The position numbers were made by a program, and so were the translations under genes. A stretch of DNA of 64,000 bases. It comes from an uncultured Nitrososphaerales archaeon. Lineage in GTDB: Archaea; Thermoproteota; Nitrososphaeria; Nitrososphaerales; Nitrososphaeraceae. Positions 1-10,414 of this stretch are shown here, piece after piece (the stretch's first letter is position 1; each line of letters opens with the position of its first letter). The notes beneath the pieces are model-generated. The model worked only from the letters and a program-made list of their open reading frames with translations, was not told where the DNA came from and made no database searches. Location of the stretch: contig CAVQMO010000012.1 of the NCBI GenBank assembly GCA_963713605.1, forward strand, positions 325,319 through 389,318, given 5' to 3'.

Positions 1-583
1 TAAATATTTAGGCTTTCGAGTTCATTAACGCCATAACTTGATTATCATACTAGCTAGCCTCTTTATCCAGGTTAGCTGTCCTGTCTTCCACTGTGGTACT
101 CACCAATTTTCAAAAGGTCTTAGTCTGCCAGAATTTAATAGATTAAGAGTAGAAACTAGAAATTTGATATATTCAAGATCTTAATCCGACTCAGTCACAA
201 TTACTTGCTGTATTATATCTTGTTTTAGTTTAGTAAGTCCATTTGTTTGAACAGGCAAGGCTTTATTGATTTATCTTTTATCTTACAAGCTGTAAAGTGC
301 CACACTCACAGTTCACAACAAAGAACAGATGCTATCAGATGATAAGAGTATTTGAAGAAGCTGATTTTGTGGATTGTCGAATAAATGCATATCCCGTGGT
401 CCCCAATTGGATCATCATCAATTCTTTCATGTAGCTGTGTCAGGTACTTTTTGGATTTATCTAGAATTCTTTTGAACGTTATTTCAGATTCTTGCAATTA
501 TAGCGGATTATATCTGTCGATATTATCAGCTCTGTAAATCAATATGGTCAGTACGCACTGATAATTTTTAATTATTTAGGCTG

Positions 584-784
584 TTATGCGTGGCTAACTG
601 TCTGTTTTTGTCTCTTCATAGTTATGATTCCTAGGGCGAGGAATCCACCTCCTATAGCCAGAATCAAGAAGTCTGCCGGCCGAATTAGAGCCCAGACTGG
701 GTTTACCGAGCTTGCATAAAGGAATAGAATGGCAAGAAAGATCAGTGCAATTCCAGTTATTGTTTCGCCATTTAGTGTTTTCAT
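584..784 (-). CDS. small two-helix membrane protein
   Basis: ATG ORF of 66 aa with two hydrophobic segments and a basic tail; TTTATA box about 25 bp upstream on the minus strand. Confidence 0.65.
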   Translation of the reverse strand: MKTLNGETITGIALIFLAILFLYASSVNPVWALIRPADFLILAIGGGFLALGIITMKRQKQTVSHA

Positions 785-1057
785 AAGCCAGATTTATTCA
801 TGGTACATGCATATAAAGCAAACCAATTTTACATCTCTGTTTTCGCTGACTCAATATCTCTTTCGCGCTGCTGGTTAATTTCGCCGTACCAATGGTTAAT
901 TTCTTTCTGTCAAATCCAAATAATAACACGATTAAATCCAAATACTAATAACACTGCTTCTGCTGAGTCAGAGTGAACAAACTGGATAGTATCCCCTCGG
1001 TTAGTAATTACTCCCGAAACATTCAATCTGATAGCTGCCGCGACATATGGCCAACCG

Positions 1058-1132
1058 AAATTGCAGATTTCATCCTTAATGCAACAAAAGGAAAATGATG
1101 ACAATGTGGCAGGGGCTAGGGTGACCAGCCCT
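1058..1132 (+). repeat. 3' end plus downstream sequence of an alpha/beta-hydrolase gene (copy 1)
   Basis: Encodes EIADFILNATKGK*; aligns with 2877-2951 including the non-coding tail gacaatgtggcagg..gtgacca.ccct. Confidence 0.8.
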
Positions 1133-1133
1133 C

Positions 1134-1391
1134 ATGCACAAACCAGATACAGCAGATACTCTATATCTGCTTCCAGTTCAGGGCTCTGACACTAGTTGGT
1201 ATAAGAATCTGTTAGTCGATCGAATTCTGAAGATTTCTGTAAATGGCGTAGAAATATCTGAAAGGGGTAAACCAATAACAGACAGTAATCGTGTCGATGG
1301 TATAGTGAGGAAATTCAGGTCCATATATGGCGAAGGGGATGTGAAAAAGTATTATCCAAAAACTGATGTAGCCGTTGAATTCCCACTCTGA
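1134..1391 (+). pseudogene. C-terminal part of a deazaflavin-dependent nitroreductase-like (split-barrel) protein
   Basis: LYLLPVQGSDTSWYKNLL...KFRSIYG motifs; the N-terminal GR(K)SG..VWF portion is absent and replaced by the preceding repeat. Confidence 0.55.
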
Positions 1392-1687
1392 AAGATCCTC
1401 AAAGCAACTGACTCGACTAGGAATTAATTTATTCAGTCAGGTATTAATGATGTCGTATAACTTGGCTTGCGCAAGCATGAACTTAATAACATGATAAACA
1501 TTCACCTTCCACTATTACCTCCAGTTTGGACGGTAAGCCGAATATTGAAGTAAGATATCAGGATGCTCTGTATGAATAGGAATGCAATTTTAGAAGAGCA
1601 TACACAAAATTAACCTGAGACAAGTTTCTAGTATCAAAAATTTTATGATTGTCTGCTACTGAGGACAGACCATCGTTTACGTCGAGG

Positions 1688-1798
1688 ACCTGTGACAAAT
1701 GATATAATGGTCCAGTTTCATTTTGCATTCCATTAATGCAATTATTTGTATGGCATCTATTATCCTATTGTATGACTGTTCAGCTTCGTGTAAGAGAA
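1688..1798 (-). repeat. dispersed ~110 bp repeat, 3' remnant of a hypothetical protein gene (copy 1)
   Basis: Same-orientation match to 6484-6595; minus strand reads LLHEAEQSYNRIIDA..NCINGMQNETGPLYH. Confidence 0.85.
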
Positions 1799-2732
1799 TT
1801 ATTTCATCCTCATTCACACTATATCATCAAATACAGACCAGACCCTTCATAGTCATCCTTCCTATATGATGACTCAGATTGAAAATTATAATCAGGCACT
1901 ACCGGCTCTTATCCCACTTAAAGCCGGTACTGTCTTGTCAACCAATTCTGGATTCCGTTTGGCATAAAAGTATGGTGCATATATGACGGGTAGAGAGATC
2001 TCCTTGAAAGTAGAGGGAGTCAGATGGTGTAGGAGAAAGATGCAGGTAAACTTTCTTCCCTAAGATCATCGCTGATCTACCAGTAGAATGTTCTACCAGC
2101 GTAGACAAGCCTCATTTTTGGTTCGAATCGAAATAGTTCCATGTTTTCCTATTCCGTCAGATATTATAGAGATGTGAGTGGTAGTCCTATTTCTATAATA
2201 TCTATGATCTTGATTGATGCTGGGATAATAATCAATAATGATCATTGGACATCTTTTGGAAAAAGATTATCTACTTTAGTCAGCAATTTTGAACAAAAAT
2301 ATTCTGAGAAGTCATTCAATCGGTACTGAAATAGAAGAGAATATAACAAATGACGAATTTGGAAATCAAAGTATATAGTATGGTAGAGGAAGTAAAACAG
2401 ATGGCTTGACATTATTCTTAAGTGCATTCATTGTGCGATCATATAACTTAAGCAAAATCTATTAAAAAAATTATTATGGGCTTCTACGAGATGGGAAAAA
2501 CCTTTTCGGTATTAATCACAAAATGCCTATATACTCGTGTTCCTTATGAAAGATTTACTGTTGATAGGGGATAGTAGGTCAGTGGTTGTAATCATATCTG
2601 GCCGTGTCTATGTCTCTTTTTGGTAAAGATGAAAAGGTAGGCGATCCATGATAGACTTGCAAGTAAATATGGGCCGCCTTTCCTACAGACCATGCAAATG
2701 TCTACAACGATTCTGTGGTGGTACTACGACAG

Positions 2733-2918
2733 CTTGGAGGCAGCTTTCTACATGGTATCAGGTGTCTGAAAGTGATCGCCCTACACCCAGATCTTCAGCG
2801 TACCTTCGCTCAGCAAATGAATACCACTATTCTATCGCTTAATGCTAGTCATGCTTCAGTGTTAACTCATCCAAATGAAATCGCTGATTTCATCCTAAAT
2901 GCAACAAAGGAAAAATGA
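2733..2918 (+). pseudogene. alpha/beta-hydrolase C-terminal fragment
   Basis: AWRQLSTWYQVSESDR/..DLQRTFAQQMN..LNASHASVLTHPNEIADFIL, with the catalytic Asp and His region; frameshifted and lacking an N-terminus. Confidence 0.75.
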
Positions 2919-2965
2919 GACAATGTGGCAGGAACTAAAGTGACCAACCCTATATAACACAAAGG

Positions 2966-3316
2966 TTATTCATGTTCTAAAATATTGACCAGTTTTCCGA
3001 ACGGATCACGAACATAGAATCTTCGTACACCCCATGGTTCACTCCGAGGACCATATTCGATGGGAATGCTTGCCTTTTTGACTCTCGCCAAGGCGGTCTC
3101 AATATTATCGACTTCGATTGACAAATCTGGAACAGGTGTACCTGATCCTCCCTCAGAGGCAAAACTAATCTGAACACTCATCTTCAAGTCTGAACCGTAT
3201 GTTCGTATCCATCCATGATCCATTATACGATCTAGGCCTAGAACTTCCTGATAGAATGCATCCGCCTTATCTATGTCTGAGGTTTCTATATTTGCAACGA
3301 TACGGTTAACTTTCAT
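2966..3316 (-). CDS. VOC/glyoxalase family protein
   Basis: FYQEVLGL, PDLSIEVD and EPWGVRRFYVRDPFGKLVNIL motifs. Confidence 0.92.
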   Translation of the reverse strand: MKVNRIVANIETSDIDKADAFYQEVLGLDRIMDHGWIRTYGSDLKMSVQISFASEGGSGTPVPDLSIEVDNIETALARVKKASIPIEYGPRSEPWGVRRFYVRDPFGKLVNILEHE

Positions 3317-3521
3317 TGGATTTATGGTTGATTGTGGAGGTTAATATTCTAACATTTTTATCATCCAGATCTGGAAATACAATATCAATGATCTTTTTCA
3401 TAACATCATCTTGATCTATGGCAACTTATATACTCAGATGTATTATGCTGATTAATTCAATCTTACGAAGAGTCCATGATACTCAATCTATGCGTTTCGT
3501 CACGTACCATGTATACCTCTC

Positions 3522-4619
3522 TTACTGCCGTCCCCTCTCGAGATCTTGCATTCTAACTGCCAAAGCCACTAATTGATCAGAAAGATGTGCGATGGCATCA
3601 TCCTTCATCTTGTCCCTTTCTCTAAATGACTGGTTTAGTTCTTCTAGTTCTTCTATTTTGCTTTGAATATCTGCACCCTGTCTCTCTAGCTGATGCACAT
3701 TTAGAAACGTAAGATATGGTTCTATCTTTCTGAATATCTCTACCTTCTCGGAATCTTTCTTTCTCCAATATGTTGAACCCGAATGTCCTATAAAATATTC
3801 AGAAAAATCAAAATAACCAAGATCGGATATTGTTGTCTTTACAAACCTTCTGAACGAATGAAGAGTTATTTGTCTTCTATTTTGATTGCTATCTTCTCTT
3901 TCTCCTCTGCCAATTCTGTCAAGTGTTTTGGCGAAGGCTTTTGCAATGTCATCATAGATTCCATCAGGATTTGGCATTCTCTTGGTTTGGTAAACAGCAA
4001 ATATTAGATCGGTTTCTTCTTTAGAGGGCGTTCTGTATTCTGTGATTGTACTCCCGTCTCTGTTATGGCAAACCCTTCTTTTTCTATATTTATAGCTCAG
4101 CCAGGACTTTAGCTGTTGTGTTACCTCATCGGTAAGAAATACAATTCTGTCAGCTCTAGTTTTGGTATATTCCCCTCTAACAAAAACATGGGCTGGTTTA
4201 GAATCTAAATCCAAATCTTTAACCCGAACAGATAACGCTTCTACTGCCCTGAATCCACCAGCTGCCAAAAACATAACATATGTCTTCAAACGGATATCTG
4301 AACATGCATTTAGGATATCAACAATATCTTCCTTAGATAATGCTTCCTTATTCTTCCTAACTATCTTTGGCAATCTTACCTTTAGTTTGAATTTTCTAGG
4401 ACTAATGTCAATATCCAAATATTCTAAAAAGTTCTTGATAGTAATAATATGGTTCTTTAATGAATTTGGGGCAATAGTATTGTTACTTTCTTGCTTCAGA
4501 AAGAGTATATATCCAGTAAGGAGATCGTAAGGATCTATCTTTGCCTTCTTGATTTCCGTGACAATATTTTGGATGTGAAGACCGTATCTATCATCAGTAT
4601 ATTTGCCGAATTTCTTCAA
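3522..4619 (-). CDS. tyrosine recombinase/integrase with C-terminal coiled coil
   Basis: Catalytic set present: GFRAVE (R), TKT (K), LHSFRR (HxxR), IGH (H), STY (Y). The frame stays open to ~4730 without an ATG, so the start is uncertain. Confidence 0.93.
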   Translation of the reverse strand: MKKFGKYTDDRYGLHIQNIVTEIKKAKIDPYDLLTGYILFLKQESNNTIAPNSLKNHIITIKNFLEYLDIDISPRKFKLKVRLPKIVRKNKEALSKEDIVDILNACSDIRLKTYVMFLAAGGFRAVEALSVRVKDLDLDSKPAHVFVRGEYTKTRADRIVFLTDEVTQQLKSWLSYKYRKRRVCHNRDGSTITEYRTPSKEETDLIFAVYQTKRMPNPDGIYDDIAKAFAKTLDRIGRGEREDSNQNRRQITLHSFRRFVKTTISDLGYFDFSEYFIGHSGSTYWRKKDSEKVEIFRKIEPYLTFLNVHQLERQGADIQSKIEELEELNQSFRERDKMKDDAIAHLSDQLVALAVRMQDLERGRQ

Positions 4620-5025
4620 TCTTTCATTGTACTTTTGAGCAGTTGATTCATTTACTATTGCTACATTAGTCAGGTATCTAGATACAAAAGAGTCGTCATT
4701 TTTCGTGTACTTGTTTGTTGATCCGAGGACTTATTACAGTGATTTCAGTTGAATCTGTTCCAGACCTAGCTTTCAAGTAACATTGCTCTTGCAATGCGTA
4801 CTCTTAAACTTTTTGTATTCGACGCTTTTAATGCACTCCTAATCCCTACATAAGAAGGCATTCTGTTTTGACAGATAAATCATTATTCTTAAAAGAACAT
4901 GTTCTTCGGCAGCATGCAGGATGGTCACCTAGATCTCAAATGCATTTGAAATATCTGCATTACTTTGGGAATGAATCATAATTGGATTTGCTCCTCCCCC
5001 CTGGTGGTTGAGAATTGCTGTCAAT

Positions 5026-5143
5026 AAGTGATAGAAGTGCCATGGCCAATAAAGAAGAAATCTCCAGCGTTCAAAGTCGAAGACTTGCCATACGAGTGGA
5101 TAGTAAATGTTCCACTGATGACTACTATACATTCATAATAATC
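5026..5143 (-). pseudogene. cupin domain fragment
   Basis: Reads DYYECIVVISGTFTIHSYGKSSTLNAGDFFFIGHGTSITY*, which contains the cupin E...SG and GD motifs. Confidence 0.55.
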
Positions 5144-5414
5144 ATTCACTATTATCGTCATTCTCATTTTGCTTCTCCTCACTATTAGTCACATCCTCAG
5201 TATCGTCCTCATAAGATCTCAAGAAAGATTTAACAAAAATTCTTTCCTTAAAATGGCATAAAGTAATATCTAAATAGCTAGGTTATGAATCCGTCAAAAA
5301 TTTCTTTTGGCATCAAGTAATTGTATTACTTGACATTGTATAGTAGATGGATTCTCCATTTTCCGTGTTCCGTGGCATTTGATGAATGCCACAGTATAAG
5401 CCATTTATAATAAG

Positions 5415-5600
5415 ATGAATAAGATCGAGAAAGAAATGGCCAAGATAAAGAAAGATTTTGGGCATGAGATTAAGAAAGCTGCAGAGTATATTGGAGAGGA
5501 GATTAAAGAAAATACAGAATTAGCCGAGCATGAAACCGGTATAGATAACGTAAAGAAAGATGCAAAGTCTGTATTTAATAAAATGAAAGAGACTATATAA
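5415..5600 (+). CDS. small charged helical protein (general stress protein-like)
   Basis: 61 aa K/E-rich ORF followed by the hairpin atgggaa-N6-ttcccat. Confidence 0.6.
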   Translation: MNKIEKEMAKIKKDFGHEIKKAAEYIGEEIKENTELAEHETGIDNVKKDAKSVFNKMKETI

Positions 5601-5764
5601 AAACAGAAGTCAATGGGAAATCATATTCCCATCAACTCTGTCTTGATATGTCTAGTGTTTAATTTAACCCTACAATATTAGATTAAACTGTTGTGACTAG
5701 AGACTTTCTTCTAGCCAAATTCTAGCCAAAATTGTTATATATGATAAAGCTGATTTGCAATTTG

Positions 5765-6016
5765 ATGATAAGTCAAATATTTTTAGCCATTGGCGTCGCA
5801 ATCGTTGCGTCGGTATTGGTGACTGGACTTGCATCCACTATTTATGCACAGTCAAATATGACTGGTGGAAACATGACTGGTGGAAACATGACTGGTGGAA
5901 ACATGAGTATGCCGGCTGGAACCACAGGTGATGGTGGAAGCGACAACGGTGATGGAGATGATGGAAACGGTGATGGTGATGGAGACGGAGACGGTGAGGG
6001 CGGAGGAAATAATTAG
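5765..6016 (+). CDS. secreted low-complexity protein with MTGGN repeats and a GD-rich tail
   Basis: Signal peptide ending IYA-Q; three 15-bp repeats at 5858-5905; TTATATA about 25 bp before ATG 5765; T-rich tract after the stop. Confidence 0.75.
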   Translation: MISQIFLAIGVAIVASVLVTGLASTIYAQSNMTGGNMTGGNMTGGNMSMPAGTTGDGGSDNGDGDDGNGDGDGDGDGEGGGNN

Positions 6017-6145
6017 TAAGCATTTATTTTAATTCCTGAAACACGTTTATGACTTTATTTTTTTTAAGCTTCATCTGATCTACTTTAAGAATAGATCTAC
6101 AATCAAAATTAGAATGGCTCATATTAATTTGGCCAAAGTTCCAAG

Positions 6146-6427
6146 CTATTCAAATTTATTTATAGTCTCATTTGTTGAGAGTTTAAGCATAGGCTCAAAG
6201 ATCTTCCAAAAATCTTCGCCACTAACACTAATCACTGGAGTGTCAATCGTCTTTGTATCATTTGTTTCCAGCCACGTCACAATTATTTTTTGTTTGTCCG
6301 AGTTTGTAGAATTGGTTTGAGCTGTCACAACTATATTTTCATTGACAGCAAAACCGATCATAGCTACGGCTATGAATATAATAATGTGTTTGCTCATGCT
6401 GCAATTATTTAATACATAACTCAACAT
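6146..6427 (-). CDS. small secreted hypothetical protein
   Basis: Signal-like segment and AQTNSTN motif; real start probably at the internal MSKH. Confidence 0.6.
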   Translation of the reverse strand: MLSYVLNNCSMSKHIIIFIAVAMIGFAVNENIVVTAQTNSTNSDKQKIIVTWLETNDTKTIDTPVISVSGEDFWKIFEPMLKLSTNETINKFE

Positions 6428-6483
6428 TTCGGTCCGTGTTCTAGTATTAATTATAGGCTTAATGTTAAGGTTTTATGTCGGAC

Positions 6484-6595
6484 ACCTGTGGCGAATGATA
6501 TAATGGTTCAGTTTCATTTTGCATTCCATTAATGCAATTGCTTGAAATAGCATCTATTATCTTATTGTATGACTGTTCAACTTCGTGTAAGAGAA
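6484..6595 (-). repeat. dispersed ~110 bp repeat (copy 2)
   Basis: Matches 1688-1798; reads NKIIDAISSNCINGMQNETEPLYH. Confidence 0.85.
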
Positions 6596-6706
6596 ATTTC
6601 TTATTCTCCGCAGCCAGGAATCTGTTCGAGGCAGACGTGCGCTAATCCCTGCTCTGATATATGTTCTTGTACAAGTACCTAGAAGAACAACAACAAAAAC
6701 CAAATA

Positions 6707-6752
6707 AAAATAAAAAAGATGAAGGTAGGGTTTCCTCTTTGACCCTTATCCT
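6707..6752 (-). repeat. shared ~45 bp 3'-UTR/terminator-like element (copy 1)
   Basis: aaaataaaaaagatga.ggtag.gt.t.ctctttgac matches 10994-11038; gives an oligo-T tract on the minus strand. Confidence 0.65.
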
Positions 6753-6767
6753 CTAAAACTCATTCAT

Positions 6768-6941
6768 TTATCGCAGTTCTAGGTTGGCAACTGAGCACTG
6801 GGTATCTGGATTTGTCATCTCCGGCAGGCAGGCGATTATAAACATTTTCTTATTGTCTATGAGTTTTGCTGTGACAGCGGCTGACTTTAACTGCTGTACT
6901 ATGTCCCCGCCACCTGCAGTCATGTTCCCACCGCCACCTGG
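6768..6941 (-). pseudogene. 3' fragment of a secreted GGNMT-linker protein
   Basis: PGGGGNMTAGGGDIVQQLKSAAVTAKLIDNKKMFIIACLPEMTNPDTQCSVANLELR*; in-frame stop just upstream, no signal peptide. Confidence 0.55.
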
Positions 6942-7182
6942 ACTATATTAATGATTTTTGATAGTTATCAATATACCACGAAATGGCAGTTTTTCTAATA
7001 TCAGTAATGAGCCCATTTACCATAGATAGTAAAGACTATTATTTGCTGAATAATAAATGTTATCTGCACATGATTTATCGGCTTTTGCCAGAAGAGTTAG
7101 AACCTGTATCCGTACTCCATGGAGTTATACTACCAGTAGTGGGAGTAACTTATAGTCATGAGATTGATAGTGTCTTCATAGC

Positions 7183-7267
7183 TAGGCTAAAGCAAAGAAA
7201 CGACCAACTGCCAAGCCTTCATCAAAGTCTGCCAAATATGATGTCATTATAAAAGCCAAAGCCACAT
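7183..7267 (+). pseudogene. 5' fragment of a paralogue of 58213-58686
   Basis: *AKAKKRPTAKPSSKSAKYDVIIKAKAT versus MAKASKKRSSTGSSKKTSSTKYDVVIKAKAT. Confidence 0.7.
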
Positions 7268-7605
7268 GTTGGCCCCATATTCTTCCGCCATGCGCTTCAA
7301 CTATCCACTTGCAATAAAAAGCCCCTGACCTGTTCCGGCGTCAGGGCCTCTACTGAATTTCTGAATCAATCTTGGAAATATTTCGTGAGGGATACCAGGA
7401 GATATAATATCAAAAGCTTTGGACGATATACTTCACAACAGTCCCTCCTAATTTTTTCTCCTGCATTTTTACAGTAACAGTAATAGTAATAAACACAGTA
7501 GACACAGAATTACTTAAGACAACTCAGATGATAATTATTCTTGTAATATCATTTTGGTTAATATAATTAATCACCTGTCATTCCACGTGATACCGAATCT
7601 GACAG

Positions 7606-7947
7606 CTAAGGAAGTGTGGGTGGAAGTGGGGGTAGTTCAGGAGGTGCTTCTGGTGTAACTGTTGGAGATTGTGAATCTTCTGTAGGATTCTGTAACGAGA
7701 AATCTTCGATATTATTCGTAGTACCACCTGCTGCAGGTAATCCTGTACTTGGAATTTCAACGTTTACGGTTTGTTGGGATGAACCAGTAAATTCGAAATT
7801 TCTGCAATCCTTTGCATTAGTATCTCTTATCTCATAACATACTTGAAAATTATGTCCTTGATCTGGATCCTCAACTTCTAGAACTGTACTCAAAGGGATT
7901 ATTGTACTCAGATAAGTTGAAATCATCACACTGATCCTCATATCCAT
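7606..7947 (-). CDS. hypothetical protein with Pro/Thr-rich tail (possibly a fragment of a secreted protein)
   Basis: Cys pair in a beta-rich segment plus a PPELPPLPPTLP tail; start uncertain. Confidence 0.45.
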   Translation of the reverse strand: MDMRISVMISTYLSTIIPLSTVLEVEDPDQGHNFQVCYEIRDTNAKDCRNFEFTGSSQQTVNVEIPSTGLPAAGGTTNNIEDFSLQNPTEDSQSPTVTPEAPPELPPLPPTLP

Positions 7948-8169
7948 TAGATTCTAGATCGCCACTAGGAAACTCGAAGTAGTACTTGGACTTTCCACGA
8001 GTGGGTAGGCATAGGGATATGGATAAGATATGTTCGCAACTGTGGACATAGCATTAAATTAACATTAGCTTTCAAGTCAAATCCTTGTTTTGCAGAAATG
8101 TTTTTTGGAGCAGATGTTTGAATATCTCAAACAATGTTTAAATAGTTATTCTAATCTTGTTTTCACGAG

Positions 8170-8934
8170 ATGTTGCTGAATCCAATCGTAATGACTCTGT
8201 GTCTTGCGTTATTGCTAGCTTTCGGAATACATACTGCATTTGCAAGCAGTTCTGAAGACGATAATGACGATGAAGATAGCCCGCAAAATGAACAAACACA
8301 ATCTTCTCCAGCTAATCAACAATCTCAAGTAACTTGGAAGACTTTCAAGGATAGAGAAGGTTTGTTTACTGTCCAGTACCCATCTAATTGGGTTCCATCA
8401 GGAGTTGCTGAATCAGACAGAGCTGGCCCTATTGACACTGTATTCTCTTCGCCTGGCTCAACCGAAACGACTGGGTCAGACCTTGAATTCATAGAATATG
8501 CACAGCCCTCGGTATTTAGTACTTCTAAAGAAGCACTAGAACAAGAAATAACTAATCTCCAAAATGATCCTACAATAACCAAATTTGAAATAGAACGTCC
8601 GGTTGAATGTTCAAAATATACTCTAAATGGACTACCGGCCTGTGGTTACATATATGAAGTCAAGACTACTGATGGTCCGAGTCTTGCAATCTTGGCAGTA
8701 GATGCCATCGCATCCGATGGCAAGGAGTACGAAGTGTACTACCACTCGGACTTCAATTCATTCGAACATTTTCTTCCCACGGCGGAAAGCATGATCAAGT
8801 CATTCCGAACTACGGGAAATAGTTCTGAAGTTACTGACTTCTCTCTGACTGGACAAGGAAAAGCAAACATAGGTCAACAGAGTAATAACTTGAACAGTGC
8901 GAATTCAGGCAGTGAAGATTTCTCACTGGGTTAG
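8170..8934 (+). CDS. secreted PsbP-related protein
   Basis: Signal peptide (AFA), acidic linker, WKTF..FTVQYPSNW, TLNGLPA and MIKSFR motifs. Confidence 0.8.
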   Translation: MLLNPIVMTLCLALLLAFGIHTAFASSSEDDNDDEDSPQNEQTQSSPANQQSQVTWKTFKDREGLFTVQYPSNWVPSGVAESDRAGPIDTVFSSPGSTETTGSDLEFIEYAQPSVFSTSKEALEQEITNLQNDPTITKFEIERPVECSKYTLNGLPACGYIYEVKTTDGPSLAILAVDAIASDGKEYEVYYHSDFNSFEHFLPTAESMIKSFRTTGNSSEVTDFSLTGQGKANIGQQSNNLNSANSGSEDFSLG

Positions 8935-9034
8935 TACTTGACTAATATTTCATTTATTTTCTCTCTGAAAAGATAATTTGTAGATCCTTGATATTCTTCC
9001 AATTTTTCTTTGAATATCAAAACTCTGTTTGCCT

Positions 9035-9232
9035 TCATTCTTTCTTCTGGGGGTCATACTTTGCATATTCATCTCCTCTGCCGCTATCAAATATTATATT
9101 ATCAGAGAATCTTGAAACAGTACCTCTATCTTCTGTTATCGTTTCAAAAATTAATTCTGATGGATTATCATTCTGACCCAGACAATCTATTATATCGTTA
9201 TCATTTTCCTCGTCCTTATTCTTCTTCTTCAA
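9035..9232 (-). CDS. hypothetical acidic protein
   Basis: 65 aa ORF with protein-like composition; may run on by a frameshift. Confidence 0.35.
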   Translation of the reverse strand: MKKKNKDEENDNDIIDCLGQNDNPSELIFETITEDRGTVSRFSDNIIFDSGRGDEYAKYDPQKKE

Positions 9233-9494
9233 GTAATTGTGATACCTACCTAATATTATTAAATACCAAATACCTATATCAGCCTATAAGCAAATGATTA
9301 GAGTCAGAGATAAAATAATTTAGTCCAAGAGTACACCAAATCGAAGGAAGGCGTAGCAGGATACAAAAAGATAGGTCTTCCTTATGATGAAGAGATTCTA
9401 GATAGAGGATATGAAAATTGGCTAGACACTAGATTGAGCAGGTCATTCACTTAGGTTAGTTCTGCTACGCATCTTATTGTATAATTACCACCTT

Positions 9495-9761
9495 CTACCT
9501 ATAGGCATGACTTATCCTACGATCGTCGTCATCATCATCAGATGATGCTGCCGCTGCTGCCGCTGCTGCCGAACTATCCCCTGCCGCTGCCGCTGCTGCC
9601 GCTGCTGCCGCTGCTGCCGAACTATCCCCTGCCGCTGCCGCTGCTGCCGCTGATCCGCCACTTGCTCCAGCAGATGCAAATGCTTGTTCTAAGGATACAT
9701 TAACTCCTATCATTGCTGTAATTACGACTACAGCTAAAATTACCGGTATACTTCTATTCAT
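9495..9761 (-). CDS. secreted poly-alanine protein
   Basis: Signal peptide (QAFA), Ala tracts separated by GDSS, Asp tract; encoded by tandem GCAGCGGCA units. Confidence 0.75.
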   Translation of the reverse strand: MNRSIPVILAVVVITAMIGVNVSLEQAFASAGASGGSAAAAAAAGDSSAAAAAAAAAAAAGDSSAAAAAAAASSDDDDDDRRISHAYR

Positions 9762-10414
9762 TTAAGGTATAGAAGTAATTCGAGATATACCAAATAGACG
9801 AATACAAGCTCAATAATTATCTTATATAATGTTCATATAGATTTGTCTTGCCAAATCTTAGCTAAAACTTCGAATAGAATGGATGAAATAATCCACTTAT
9901 GACCCGAACTCGCTACACAGATCGGAGCACTACGAAGTCATACAATGTCGACACTATAGACACGGCAACGACCTTGCTCAGCAAGAACCGTAACCGAAAT
10001 ATCCTTCGTCCTCCGACACATTTGTTATAATGAAACTTTAAGGATAGCTCACCTCTCACCGCAAGTAATTTTGAAGAAGCAATGAAGTAGATCAACTAAA
10101 TAACGCCATAGACGGTGGAACAGATACCCATAAATATGGCCGAATTTGTGGGAATTTTAACAGTGAATGGAAAAAAAATAGGACATGTGATGTATAATAT
10201 TTGACTAGCTGAAGCAAATGCTATGAAGTAAGATAATATCCATCATATACTCTTTTGATAGTCTTATTGATCACACCTGATATTATCTTGTTTTTCGAAG
10301 ATTTGTAGAATTAATACAAAATGTCTGGCATTAAAGATTGCAATTGTAATCAACACATGAATGGTTCGAAGCCAGTACATGCTAGTGGTACACAGCTTGT
10401 TCATTAGACATGTT

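Noticed and set aside
3522..4619. Integron integrase with attC cassettes
   Set aside because: No IntI-specific insertion is recognisable, and there are no regularly spaced attC-like sites or co-oriented cassettes
5838..6023. His-rich ORF with SCFHQ repeats
   Set aside because: Reverse complement of the MTGGN/GD repeat gene
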